From assembly GCF_050516355.1 (NCBI RefSeq), contig NZ_CP191552.1: a stretch of 32,000 nucleotides of DNA, one strand, 5' to 3'. This DNA comes from Escherichia coli (GTDB lineage Bacteria > Pseudomonadota > Gammaproteobacteria > Enterobacterales > Enterobacteriaceae). The position numbers were made by a program, and so were the translations under genes. The notes beneath the pieces are model-generated. The model worked only from the letters and a program-made list of their open reading frames with translations, was not told the origin of the DNA and did not search any database. Positions 1-10,639 of this stretch are shown here, one piece after another; position 1 is the stretch's first letter; each line of letters opens with the position of its first letter.

Positions 1-364
1 CGTAGATGCCATAAACAGTACTCTCTTTACCGGTAGGCCCCTGTTTAAAATCTTTCAGCCAGTCAGCATAACGCGCCAGACTGCGCTGTACCGGGATCTG
101 TAACTTGTTGTAGCACTTGATATAGACATCCATTTTTTCGTCGAAAACCGCTTGTTCATCGACCACCGGTTGGGCAGGCGTTTCAGGTTTAACTTCTGCT
201 TTTGCAACGGGAGCTTCAGCAGGTTTCGCTTCAGGAGCTGGTGCGGCAGGTTGACTATTGGCAGGCGGGGGCGTTTCTGTTTCGGCTTTTTTATCATCAC
301 AACCCGTGAGACCGAGGGCCATGATGGCGACTATAATAGCGGAAGATAATAAATTCCTTTTCAT
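1..364 (-). CDS. yiiG: YiiG-like putative lipoprotein, 5' part only (gene runs off the left edge)
   Basis: Minus-strand ATG at 364 opens MKRNLLSSAIIVAIMALGLTGCDD..., a signal peptide with lipobox LTGC, followed by a Pro/Ala/Glu-rich linker. The frame stays open to base 1 (..TVYGIYG). Matches E. coli YiiG from memory. Confidence 0.85.
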   Translation of the reverse strand, partial: MKRNLLSSAIIVAIMALGLTGCDDKKAETETPPPANSQPAAPAPEAKPAEAPVAKAEVKPETPAQPVVDEQAVFDEKMDVYIKCYNKLQIPVQRSLARYADWLKDFKQGPTGKESTVYGIY

Positions 365-478
365 TTAATTGCCTTATAAATATTTAGATAAGAGAGATAA
401 TATTTTAAATGAAAAAATGATCCGTCACTATACACATTTTGCTTATAAACAAACCGAAATCATTCACACTCCGAATAA

Positions 479-509
479 TTCCTGCGACTTAAAATATAAA
501 TCGCAGGAA
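479..509 (-). terminator. Perfect 9-bp inverted repeat downstream of the TPR gene, possible terminator
   Basis: TTCCTGCGA (479-487) / TCGCAGGAA (501-509), located about 50 nt after the stop of the 559..2865 ORF. There is no strong U tract. Confidence 0.4.
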
Positions 510-558
510 GCGATTTTAATTACCCGCTCTACCACTGGCGCAGGATATAAACTCTCAC

Positions 559-2865
559 CTACATTCCATAACGTTCAGAAATAGCAGCATGCTTCTCTTC
601 ATTCGCCCCGGCTTCTTTGGCAAGACGCCACCAGCACAACGGATGTTCCCAGTCAGCGGTCAATTCGTGCAAGGTCTTATCGATATCACCTTTAGAAACT
701 GAACGCGGCGCGCTGATAACAAAGTAGAACGCGGGCAGCGGCTGTGCATCTTCTCCCTGCTGGCTGTCCGTTAACGTATAGTCCTCGTTACTGTTGCTCC
801 AGTAGTACCAGTTTCGTTCACGGAGCGCCTCACGGAAGGCATTAAACTGTTCTTCACCAGGCATGACACCTTCGCAGAACCAGGACTCGCCGTACTCAGT
901 CGGGATAATGGTTTGCAGGCAGGCATAAAGTGGCGTGAAATTCTTCCGTTCTTCCTCATCCTCTGGTTGGGTGTTCAATATTTCCGCATCGAATACCACA
1001 ACTTCATCAACATGTTGCGGATAATCGGTCCGGTAAGTTGGCTCAATGATCCTTGCTGTTACCGGCCCAATACGTTGAGCATAGTAATAGCGGTATTCAT
1101 AATTTTCCCGGAAGCGAATGTTTAGCAGTCCCCATTTTTCGTCGATAAAACCTTCACCTTCCGTAAGTTCGATTTCCAGTTCAGCTGCAATAGCACGAAC
1201 CAATTCCCATTGTTGCAGGATGCTGGCGGTCGCCATGATATCCCACTGGATATTACGAATATCTTCTTCACGGCTAATCATCAGTTGCTGCAATTGTTGT
1301 AAATAATCCAGCTGTCGATCCCAGGCTTCCTGTTTTTGTGCTGCCCAGGAGCACATGCGATAAACGCCGATCCACTCACGCCCTTTTTCGTTTTGCAGCA
1401 ACTGGTGCCCAATCGACTCGAGTTCACTCCAGTCTTCCTGTTGGTTGATCACTCGCGCACGGAACCACAAGGCCATATGTAGCAGCCCCGCCTGTTCATA
1501 CTGCTTCGCCAGGTGCTCAATGGTTTGCAGATCGTCACGGTGGAGCAATAAATCCAACAGATCGAAGCAAAGACCATTATCTTCCTGGATGTGGCTTTCG
1601 ACGTAGCGTTGCAGAAGTTCAATCGACTCATCAATCGCATTACAGGCGTTTAACGCATTGACCAGTTTGCCCAGCAATTCCGCATCATCTGGCGCGTTCA
1701 GGTAAGCGCGGCGGAATGTTTCGACGTCTTTTTCTGGATCTGGCTGCGTTTCTTCATCGCTATTTTCAGGTATTTCTACAACCGGACGAGCAAGCAACTC
1801 TGCTTCTTTGGCGGCGATTTTTTCACTCAGTTCGAGAAACTCACGATCAACCCCCAGTAACACGCGTAATTTTGGCATGTGTCGCTGGGCCAGTTTCATC
1901 GCTATTTTGGCAACCCAGACGGATTCACGCTCCAGCGCCAGGGTAATTTGCAGTTTCGCCAGATCAACCACTTTGCGGTGCGCTCCGGCCTGCGAGCGGT
2001 GCTCCAGTATTTTTTGGATGATGCGCGCCAGTTGCCAGTTGTTTCTTTGTGGATGACGGGGAAGTAACACAGTAATGATTTTCAGCCATGACCCCCATGA
2101 ATGGGGAGTCAGATCTGACCAACGCGGTAATTCCTCCCAGACTTCTTCGTCCTGCCCGCATAACGCCATGATGTACAGTTTTTTGAGGTGATTACTAATG
2201 CGGTCGCGGCCCCAGTAATCATTGGCTTCTGTCAGCTCATCAATCAGTATGCGTGCTTCATCATAACGCTGAAGTTCAATCAGAATATCGGCACGAGTAT
2301 AAAGTAATGCATCAATATCATCTTCCCCGGCTGCTTTAACTGCGTCGATTTGTCGATCCAGATAAGCCAGTGCCTCCTCTATTCTTTTGGAATCTATCAG
2401 TGCACTGGCATATTCAGTGGACAAACACTGAAAACAGCTCCAGGTCGGATCAATCCGCGCGATGGTTTCTTCACATACCGCCATACGTTCATTCGCCCAG
2501 CCAGGTGCATCAATATTTTCGTAGCAGGCGGATAAATCCTGGGTAACGCAGATAGATTGTGGGCAATCTTTTGTCTCTTCCCGGTGCGCTTTTTCAAACA
2601 GCGCTACCACGTCTGGCAGCACCTTTTCACCTTCTTCATAGTTAGTCAGGCGATGACGCATTTCCCAGTGACCAATAAATATTTCCAGCCACGGATTTTT
2701 TGCCACCTGGGTAAGTGCTTTTACTTCAGGTAACAGCGAATCGCACTTTTCCATTTGCAGGTGCATAACGCCTTCCGAATAATCATCGATAAGTTGCGGA
2801 ATATACTCCTGCCCGGCATCGCGTAACTCCTTAGTATATTTGTGATACCACTCCCATATATCCAT
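559..2865 (-). CDS. Large helical/TPR-like repeat protein (768 aa), partner of the adjacent HSP90-family protein
   Basis: Long ORF starting 1 nt after the stop of the HSP90-like gene (TAA-A-ATG). It carries TPR-like helical pairs such as EYASALIDSKRIEEALAYLDRQID..., DALLYTRADILIELQRYDEARILIDEL and LAKQYEQAGLLHMALWFRARVINQQEDW. The C-terminal ~180 aa region is not repeat-like. Confidence 0.8.
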   Translation of the reverse strand: MDIWEWYHKYTKELRDAGQEYIPQLIDDYSEGVMHLQMEKCDSLLPEVKALTQVAKNPWLEIFIGHWEMRHRLTNYEEGEKVLPDVVALFEKAHREETKDCPQSICVTQDLSACYENIDAPGWANERMAVCEETIARIDPTWSCFQCLSTEYASALIDSKRIEEALAYLDRQIDAVKAAGEDDIDALLYTRADILIELQRYDEARILIDELTEANDYWGRDRISNHLKKLYIMALCGQDEEVWEELPRWSDLTPHSWGSWLKIITVLLPRHPQRNNWQLARIIQKILEHRSQAGAHRKVVDLAKLQITLALERESVWVAKIAMKLAQRHMPKLRVLLGVDREFLELSEKIAAKEAELLARPVVEIPENSDEETQPDPEKDVETFRRAYLNAPDDAELLGKLVNALNACNAIDESIELLQRYVESHIQEDNGLCFDLLDLLLHRDDLQTIEHLAKQYEQAGLLHMALWFRARVINQQEDWSELESIGHQLLQNEKGREWIGVYRMCSWAAQKQEAWDRQLDYLQQLQQLMISREEDIRNIQWDIMATASILQQWELVRAIAAELEIELTEGEGFIDEKWGLLNIRFRENYEYRYYYAQRIGPVTARIIEPTYRTDYPQHVDEVVVFDAEILNTQPEDEEERKNFTPLYACLQTIIPTEYGESWFCEGVMPGEEQFNAFREALRERNWYYWSNSNEDYTLTDSQQGEDAQPLPAFYFVISAPRSVSKGDIDKTLHELTADWEHPLCWWRLAKEAGANEEKHAAISERYGM

Positions 2866-2866
2866 T

Positions 2867-4702
2867 TTATTTTCCTTGATTAATTAAGACAGGAATAACC
2901 TGAGTAAAATCTTCCAGTGCCTGGTGTAAATCCCAATGCTGTTCTTTATTACCGCTGGAGCACAAAATCACTTTCAGCGATTTTAATAAGCGTAATGCCG
3001 CTGCGGGCTGTTGCTGGTGTTGTAATGCCGTCACCAGTTGCATGATGCAAGGGTTATTAAGGTTGATGTATAAACTTGAGGTTTTCGTTTTTTGGATTTG
3101 TGAAGTAAATTGCCGCGCCAGCATTAACGCTGCGGTGCTGATGCGTTTATCTGCGTCATCCTGTTCGAGAATTTGTTTTAATTCTGCTTCGCGGTCTGGC
3201 GTAACCACTAACGGTAAAACGGCGGGTTCGAAGCGGGAGATAATTAATTGCTCGCCATCGCAGAGATGCTCTTCCAGATAAGCTACCTGCTCTTCGGGTA
3301 ATTCCGCCAGGCTGAACAACTGCTCATTACCTGTTTGCGTACCGACTTCGACAATCCGGCAGTGATATAACAGCGCCCAGCGACGTAAAAATGGCACGAC
3401 GGCATAGCGATCGCCACGGGCAACGGGCCGTTGCAGAATGTGGAACAACATCTCTTCAAAACCGCCGTCGCGGCTTAACAGAATATGAATGCTGTTATTA
3501 ACGCGTAAATCCTTCGCCAGCAACGCCCCTTTTGACGTTGGCACCTGCAAGCGATCTTTGAGCAAATCAAACAGACGGTCATCACATAATGCCGCACCGA
3601 GCAACGCTTCGTTGTGGCGCATTAATACACGCCGCCAGATTTCTGGCTGATTTTGTGCGAGATCGGACAAACCAGAAATCAGCGCCTCTTTTAACGCCTC
3701 CTGCACCGCAACCCAGGTTTCGTCCCGCTGGAGATCTTCCCGGCTCGCCGTAGGCGTTAGTTTCGATGACTCAATCACGCCGCCAATAAATCCGGCCCAG
3801 GGAGGTAACAACTCACGCGCTTCATCATCCAGTAACATACCGCGCAAAAACAGCGACAGGTTGCGGTTATCGCTGGTGCCGTAGGTTGCGCCATCCTGAA
3901 TCCATAAAATCCCAACCGCGTCGCTCATCCCCACGGGCACCACCGGAATGGTGCAAATCGGTTCGAAGGAGGATTCAAACTGGGCGGCAAAGGCGAGATT
4001 TTTACGCTGTACCAGCGCGCGGTGCATGGTTACGCCTTCGGGGGCAACTTCACGCCACGGTGGTTGAAGTTTATTTACCGGCTCGCTGGCATCGCCGACA
4101 TAGACCGGTTCGTGCAGCAATATACAGTAGCGGGAAAGAACGCGGTTCAGCAAATTGTTACTCGCCAGATGGCTGTACTCTTCTTTGAGCGTCAGAATCA
4201 CCTGCGTACCCGTTTCCGAGGACTGATGCGGCGTAACGGTATATTTTTGCCCGTCGGTAGAGTGGTATTTCCAGCTCTGATCCGGCGTTTGCCAGGATGT
4301 GGTCAACACCGTGACCTCTTTCGCCAACACAAAGGCCGACAAAAAACCGAGGCCGAACATACCAATTAAACCGGTGTTGTCATCCTGCTGGCGCAACATT
4401 CGGGTATAACCCACGCCTACTGTCGCCAGGAAGCCGTGAATTTCACTTTCTGTCAGTCCAGCGCCAGTATCGCTAATAGTGATAGTGGACTTCGCCACGT
4501 CTGCCACCACACGAATCGCGTTATCCTTTGGCGCATCGGGCTGCTCAATCCTGCGGCGAACGATCGCATCATGGCCGTTCTGCACCAGCTCGCGCACGGC
4601 AACCACGGGAGTGGAGTAAAGATGCTTACTGAGCACCTCAATTAAGCCGTTTAAATTAACTTCTGTAGAATATGAACTACCAGGTAACTGTAATGTACTC
4701 AT
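2867..4702 (-). CDS. HSP90-family (HtpG-like) GHKL ATPase, 611 aa
   Basis: N-terminal Bergerat fold motifs in order: AVRELVQNGHDAI (N box), VVADVAKSTITISDTGAGLTESEI (DxGxG) and GLIGMFGLGFLSAFVLAKEVTVLT (GxxGxG/SAF). The length and layout fit the HSP90 family but it is not canonical HtpG. Confidence 0.88.
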   Translation of the reverse strand: MSTLQLPGSSYSTEVNLNGLIEVLSKHLYSTPVVAVRELVQNGHDAIVRRRIEQPDAPKDNAIRVVADVAKSTITISDTGAGLTESEIHGFLATVGVGYTRMLRQQDDNTGLIGMFGLGFLSAFVLAKEVTVLTTSWQTPDQSWKYHSTDGQKYTVTPHQSSETGTQVILTLKEEYSHLASNNLLNRVLSRYCILLHEPVYVGDASEPVNKLQPPWREVAPEGVTMHRALVQRKNLAFAAQFESSFEPICTIPVVPVGMSDAVGILWIQDGATYGTSDNRNLSLFLRGMLLDDEARELLPPWAGFIGGVIESSKLTPTASREDLQRDETWVAVQEALKEALISGLSDLAQNQPEIWRRVLMRHNEALLGAALCDDRLFDLLKDRLQVPTSKGALLAKDLRVNNSIHILLSRDGGFEEMLFHILQRPVARGDRYAVVPFLRRWALLYHCRIVEVGTQTGNEQLFSLAELPEEQVAYLEEHLCDGEQLIISRFEPAVLPLVVTPDREAELKQILEQDDADKRISTAALMLARQFTSQIQKTKTSSLYINLNNPCIMQLVTALQHQQQPAAALRLLKSLKVILCSSGNKEQHWDLHQALEDFTQVIPVLINQGK

Positions 4703-4979
4703 TTTTCAATACTCATAATCCATCACCTACTATTGAAAATACATCGCTGTTTTTACAACCGGTGCAAGGTTTGTTATTTCATTCACTCATCGGAAACATT
4801 TATTTATTGACGCGATGATTAAAACAAAATGTCTTATATAAATAATGATTAATTCTTAAAGGATTAATGCGACTGGAGTATATCGATATAACCCGGAGTT
4901 AACGAGATAATTTCTTGTGGTGAAATTATTATTTGAATGCTGAATAATATATTGAGGATTATTTAATAGAAAAATAAAA

Positions 4980-5004
4980 CCGCAATCCAGAATCAGAATT
5001 GCGG
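4980..5004 (-). terminator. Rho-independent terminator candidate for fdhD
   Basis: On the minus strand: CCGCAATTCTGATTCTGGATTGCGG followed by TTTTATTTTT, immediately after the fdhD stop. Confidence 0.7.
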
Positions 5005-5011
5005 TATTTCT

Positions 5012-5848
5012 TTAATTATGAATCAATCGCTGCGGATGAGTATAAACCGTTGCCCGACCCGGTTTACAAAAACCTACCAGTGTCAGATTACAGCGTTCAG
5101 CCACTTCTACAGCAAGTGTGGTCGCGGCAGATACCGCAAACAAAATCTCTACGCCACACATCGCTGACTTTTGCACCATTTCATAACTGGCACGGCTGGA
5201 AACCAGCACCGCACCTTGCTGCCAGCTTTCCCCTTCTTGTGACCGGCGGCCTAACAGTTTGTCCAGCGCCACATGGCGACCCACGTCTTCATGCCCGCCG
5301 ACCAGTTCGCCAGATGGCAACATCCATGCAGCGGCGTGAGTACAACCAGTCAGTTGCCCCACTGGCTGGAAATCATTGAGATGACGTAATGCATCATCCA
5401 GTTTGTTGAGATCAAACGTCTGGGTGAATGGCAGCGGCTGCACCGGTTTACCGATGTCATTAAGTTGCTCCACGCCGCATACGCCACAGCCCGTACGCCC
5501 CGCCAGCGCCCGGCGACGTTCCTTCAACCCCATAAAGCGGCGGCTGGAAAGCTCAATTTGAACTTCAAGACCATTACAGGAAGGAACGACATCCATGCCA
5601 AAGATATCGCGCGGACTTTCGATTATCCCCTCGGAAAGCGAAAAACCGAGCGCAAAGTACTCAAGGTCTTTGGGCGACGCCATCATCACCACATGCGAAA
5701 TGCCGTTGTAGACCAGCGCAACGGGAACCTCTTCCGCCACCTCATCTAACCGTGGGTGTTGTAAATCATCACGCCGCCATAACTCAATTTGACGAACACC
5801 TGTGATATTTGTCACATTTTCGATTTCTTTTTGCTGTGTTTTTTTCAC
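5012..5848 (-). CDS. fdhD: Formate dehydrogenase accessory sulfurtransferase FdhD
   Basis: 278-aa [29 protein letters not shown]... with the conserved GRTGCGVCG motif. Near-identical to E. coli FdhD from memory. Confidence 0.96.
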   Translation of the reverse strand: MKKTQQKEIENVTNITGVRQIELWRRDDLQHPRLDEVAEEVPVALVYNGISHVVMMASPKDLEYFALGFSLSEGIIESPRDIFGMDVVPSCNGLEVQIELSSRRFMGLKERRRALAGRTGCGVCGVEQLNDIGKPVQPLPFTQTFDLNKLDDALRHLNDFQPVGQLTGCTHAAAWMLPSGELVGGHEDVGRHVALDKLLGRRSQEGESWQQGAVLVSSRASYEMVQKSAMCGVEILFAVSAATTLAVEVAERCNLTLVGFCKPGRATVYTHPQRLIHN

Positions 5849-6041
5849 TTTCTCTTAACCAGATAAGAACACACACACCAACATTATGGTATTCTGTTAC
5901 AAACCCTTCCTGGATGGAGGGAAATTGAGCCAATTCTGGACCTTTGCGGCCCCTTCCGCAAAGAAAAATAACTCCCACTCCCTGCACACGCAGCAAGCGA
6001 ATGTAAATGGGACGTGACAATGTCGAAACAAGGAGCAATCC

Positions 6042-9000
6042 ATGCAGGTCAGCAGAAGGCAGTTCTTTAAGATCTGCGCTGGCGGTATGGCAGGCACCAC
6101 GGCAGCGGCACTGGGTTTTGCACCCAGCGTAGCACTCGCGGAAACCCGGCAGTATAAACTGCTGCGCACCCGCGAAACCCGTAATACCTGCACCTATTGT
6201 TCCGTAGGCTGTGGGCTGTTGATGTACAGCCTCGGTGACGGAGCAAAAAACGCCAAAGCATCTATCTTCCATATCGAAGGCGATCCGGATCACCCGGTCA
6301 ACCGCGGTGCACTTTGTCCGAAAGGCGCTGGCCTGGTGGATTTCATCCACTCCGAAAGCCGCCTGAAGTTTCCGGAATACCGTGCGCCAGGTTCTGATAA
6401 ATGGCAACAAATCAGTTGGGAAGAGGCGTTTGATCGCATCGCCAAACTGATGAAAGAAGACCGCGATGCGAACTACATTGCGCAAAACGCCGAAGGCGTG
6501 ACTGTTAACCGCTGGCTCTCCACCGGGATGCTGTGTGCTTCCGCGTCGAGTAACGAAACCGGCTATTTAACGCAAAAATTCTCCCGCGCGCTGGGGATGC
6601 TCGCGGTCGACAACCAGGCGCGTGTCTGACACGGACCAACGGTAGCAAGTCTTGCTCCAACATTTGGTCGCGGTGCGATGACCAACCACTGGGTCGACAT
6701 CAAGAACGCCAACCTCGTCGTGGTGATGGGCGGTAACGCCGCTGAAGCTCACCCGGTCGGGTTCCGCTGGGCGATGGAAGCCAAAATTCACAACGGCGCG
6801 AAGCTGATTGTGATCGATCCTCGCTTTACACGTACGGCGGCGGTGGCTGACTACTATGCCCCTATTCGTTCCGGTACTGACATTGCTTTCCTGTCAGGCG
6901 TATTGCTGTACCTGCTGAACAATGAAAAATTCAACCGCGAATACACCGAAGCCTATACCAACGCCAGCCTGATCGTGCGTGAGGATTACGGCTTTGAAGA
7001 TGGCCTGTTCACCGGCTACGACGCGGAAAAACGCAAGTACGATAAATCCAGCTGGACCTACGAGCTGGACGAAAACGGCTTCGCCAAACGCGATACCACG
7101 CTGCAACATCCGCGCTGCGTGTGGAACTTGCTGAAACAGCACGTTTCCCGTTATACGCCAGATGTGGTTGAAAACATCTGCGGTACGCCAAAAGACGCGT
7201 TCCTGAAAGTCTGCGAATACATCGCCGAAACCAGTGCTCACGATAAAACTGCCTCGTTCCTTTACGCGCTCGGCTGGACGCAACACTCCATTGGTGCGCA
7301 AAACATTCGTACGATGGCGATGATCCAGCTGCTGCTCGGCAACATGGGGATGGCAGGCGGCGGCGTTAACGCCCTGCGCGGTCACTCCAATATTCAGGGG
7401 CTGACCGACCTGGGGCTACTGTCGCAGAGTCTGCCAGGTTACATGACGTTGCCAAGCGAGAAGCAGACCGATCTGCAAACTTACCTCGCTGCCAACACGC
7501 CAAAACCACTGCTGGAAGGCCAGGTCAACTACTGGGGCAACTACCCGAAATTCTTCGTCTCTATGATGAAGGCCTTCTTTGGTGATAAAGCGACGGCGGA
7601 AAATAGCTGGGGCTTTGACTGGTTGCCGAAGTGGGATAAAGGCTACGACGTCCTGCAATACTTCGAGATGATGAAAGAGGGCAAGGTCAATGGCTATATC
7701 TGCCAGGGCTTTAACCCTGTTGCCTCATTCCCGAACAAAAACAAAGTGATCGGCTGTCTGTCGAAGCTGAAATTCCTCGTGACTATCGACCCGCTGAACA
7801 CTGAAACCTCTAACTTCTGGCAGAACCACGGTGAGCTGAACGAAGTTGACTCGTCGAAGATCCAGACCGAAGTGTTCCGTCTGCCATCGACCTGCTTTGC
7901 GGAAGAGAACGGTTCAATCGTCAACTCTGGTCGCTGGTTGCAGTGGCACTGGAAAGGTGCGGACGCCCCGGGGATTGCGCTGACTGACGGCGAGATCCTC
8001 TCCGGTATCTTCCTGCGCTTGCGCAAGATGTATGCCGAACAGGGTGGCGCGAACCCGGACCAGGTGCTGAACATGACCTGGAACTACGCCATTCCGCATG
8101 AGCCATCTTCAGAAGAAGTGGCGATGGAGAGCAACGGCAAAGCGCTGGCCGATATTACCGACCCGGCAACCGGTGCGGTTATCGTCAAGAAAGGCCAACA
8201 ACTTAGCTCGTTCGCCCAACTGCGCGATGACGGTACAACCTCCTGTGGCTGCTGGATTTTCGCCGGTAGCTGGACGCCGGAAGGCAACCAGATGGCGCGT
8301 CGTGATAACGCCGATCCGTCTGGCCTCGGTAACACGCTGGGCTGGGCATGGGCATGGCCGCTTAACCGCCGCATTCTGTATAACCGCGCCTCCGCAGATC
8401 CGCAGGGTAACCCATGGGATCCGAAGCGTCAGTTGCTGAAATGGGACGGCACTAAGTGGACCGGCTGGGATATTCCGGATTACAGCGCAGCGCCTCCGGG
8501 CAGCGGCGTAGGGCCGTTTATCATGCAGCAGGAAGGCATGGGACGTCTGTTTGCCCTCGATAAGATGGCGGAAGGTCCGTTCCCGGAACACTACGAGCCG
8601 TTTGAAACGCCGCTGGGAACTAACCCGCTGCATCCAAACGTTATCTCGAACCCGGCTGCGCGAATCTTTAAAGACGACGCCGAAGCATTGGGTAAAGCCG
8701 ATAAGTTCCCGTATGTCGGAACCACCTATCGTCTGACCGAGCACTTCCACTACTGGACCAAACACGCGCTGTTGAACGCGATTTTGCAACCAGAGCAGTT
8801 TGTGGAAATCGGGGAGTCGCTGGCGAATAAACTTGGCATTGCCCAGGGCGATACTGTGAAAGTCTCCTCCAACCGTGGCTATATCAAAGCCAAAGCGGTA
8901 GTGACCAAACGTATTCGCACGCTGAAAGCAAACGGCAAAGATATCGATACCATCGGTATTCCGATTCACTGGGGCTATGAAGGTGTTGCGAAAAAAGGCT

Positions 9001-9092
9001 TTATTGCCAATACGTTGACGCCATTCGTCGGTGATGCGAACACGCAGACGCCGGAGTTTAAGTCCTTCCTTGTGAATGTGGAAAAGGTGTAA
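6042..9092 (+). CDS. fdoG: Formate dehydrogenase-O major (alpha) subunit, selenoprotein, 1016 aa including one selenocysteine
   Basis: Twin-arginine signal MQVSRRQFFKICAGG, 4Fe4S motif CTYCSVGCG, and molybdopterin oxidoreductase sequence on both sides of an in-frame TGA at 6627-6629 (codon 196). The two track ORFs 6042..6629 and 6678..9092 share the same frame. Confidence 0.97.
6627..6669 (+). promoter_or_regulatory. UGA(Sec) codon plus bacterial SECIS hairpin in fdoG
   Basis: TGA 6627-6629 is followed by nested pairing GACCAA (6634-6639)/TTGGTC (6664-6669) and AGCAAG (6644-6649)/CTTGCT (6651-6656), directly 3' of the UGA as expected for a bSECIS. Confidence 0.85.
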
Positions 9093-9104
9093 CGGAGACG
9101 ACAT

Positions 9105-10007
9105 ATGGCTTATCAATCGCAAGATATCATTCGTCGTTCCGCGACTAACGGTCTGACCCCCGCGCCTCAGGCGCGGGACTTCCAGGAAGAAGTGGCGAAA
9201 CTCATCGACGTCACCACCTGTATCGGCTGTAAAGCCTGTCAGGTGGCGTGTTCAGAGTGGAACGACATTCGCGATACCGTCGGCAATAACATTGGGGTGT
9301 ACGACAACCCCAATGATTTAAGTGCCAAATCGTGGACGGTGATGCGATTCTCGGAAGTGGAGCAGAACGACAAACTGGAATGGCTGATCCGCAAAGACGG
9401 CTGTATGCACTGTTCCGATCCAGGCTGCCTGAAAGCGTGCCCGGCGGAAGGGGCAATTATTCAGTATGCCAACGGTATCGTCGACTTCCAGTCCGAGCAG
9501 TGCATCGGCTGCGGTTATTGCATTGCGGGCTGTCCGTTCGACATTCCGCGCCTCAACCCGGAAGACAACCGCGTCTACAAATGTACGTTGTGCGTTGACC
9601 GCGTGGTGGTTGGGCAAGAACCGGCCTGCGTGAAGACCTGCCCAACGGGCGCGATTCACTTCGGTACGAAAGAGTCGATGAAAACGCTGGCGAGCGAGCG
9701 CGTGGCGGAGCTGAAAACCCGTGGTTACGACAATGCGGGTTTGTACGACCCGGCAGGCGTCGGTGGTACACATGTTATGTACGTGCTGCACCATGCTGAC
9801 AAGCCAAATCTGTATCATGGCTTGCCGGAGAACCCGGAAATCAGCGAAACCGTGAAATTCTGGAAAGGCATCTGGAAACCGCTCGCAGCTGTTGGCTTTG
9901 CGGCTACCTTCGCAGCCAGTATCTTCCACTACGTGGGTGTCGGTCCGAACCGTGCGGATGAGGAAGAGAATAATCTGCACGAAGAGAAAGACGAGGAGCG
10001 CAAATGA
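9105..10007 (+). CDS. fdoH: Formate dehydrogenase-O iron-sulfur (beta) subunit
   Basis: 300 aa with four ferredoxin-type Cys clusters ([58 protein letters not shown]) and a C-terminal TM helix. Confidence 0.97.
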
Positions 10008-10639
10008 AACGACGTGACACCATCGTGCGCTACACCGCGCCGGAACGTATCAACCACTGGATCACCGCCTTCTGCTTCATCCTGGCGGCGGTGAGCGGGC
10101 TGGGCTTTTTGTTCCCGTCCTTCAACTGGTTGATGCAAATCATGGGCACACCGCAGCTGGCGCGCATTCTGCACCCGTTTGTCGGCGTGGTTATGTTTGC
10201 CTCGTTCATCATCATGTTTTTCCGTTACTGGCATCACAACCTAATCAATCGGGATGATATCTTTTGGGCGAAGAATATTCGTAAGATCGTCGTCAACGAG
10301 GAAGTAGGTGACACCGGGCGTTATAACTTCGGTCAGAAATGCGTTTTCTGGGCGGCGATTATTTTCCTGGTTCTGCTGCTGGTGAGCGGCGTGATTATCT
10401 GGCGTCCTTATTTTGCGCCTGCTTTCTCAATCCCGGTGATCCGATTCGCGTTAATGCTGCATTCATTTGCCGCAGTGGCGTTAATTGTGGTTATCATGGT
10501 GCATATCTACGCCGCCCTTTGGGTAAAAGGCACGATTACCGCCATGGTGGAAGGATGGGTGACCAGCGCCTGGGCGAAGAAACATCACCCGCGCTGGTAC
10601 CGTGAGGTCCGCAAGACAACGGAAAAGAAAGCTGAATGA
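10004..10639 (+). CDS. fdoI: Formate dehydrogenase-O cytochrome b556 (gamma) subunit
   Basis: 211 aa, multiple TM helices, overlaps the fdoH stop by 4 nt (ATGA). Starts [19 protein letters not shown]. Confidence 0.97.

Noticed and set aside
55-300. 81-aa Lys/Leu/Pro-rich minus-strand ORF
   Set aside because: Out-of-frame reading of the yiiG Pro/Ala/Glu-rich linker; the true frame is MKRNLLSS..LTGC.
369-584. 71-aa plus-strand ORF downstream of the TPR gene
   Set aside because: No RBS, overlaps the end of the opposing gene and the palindrome; likely chance.
3886-4369. 100-115 aa plus-strand ORFs antisense to the HSP90-like gene
   Set aside because: Antisense shadow ORFs without coding features.
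6678-9092. Separate 804-aa formate dehydrogenase CDS or frameshifted pseudogene
   Set aside because: Same frame as 6042..6629 with only a UGA between; explained by selenocysteine insertion.
8109-9122. 337-aa minus-strand ORF opposite fdoG
   Set aside because: Shadow ORF antisense to a highly conserved selenoprotein gene in high-GC sequence, with no RBS and a low-complexity translation.
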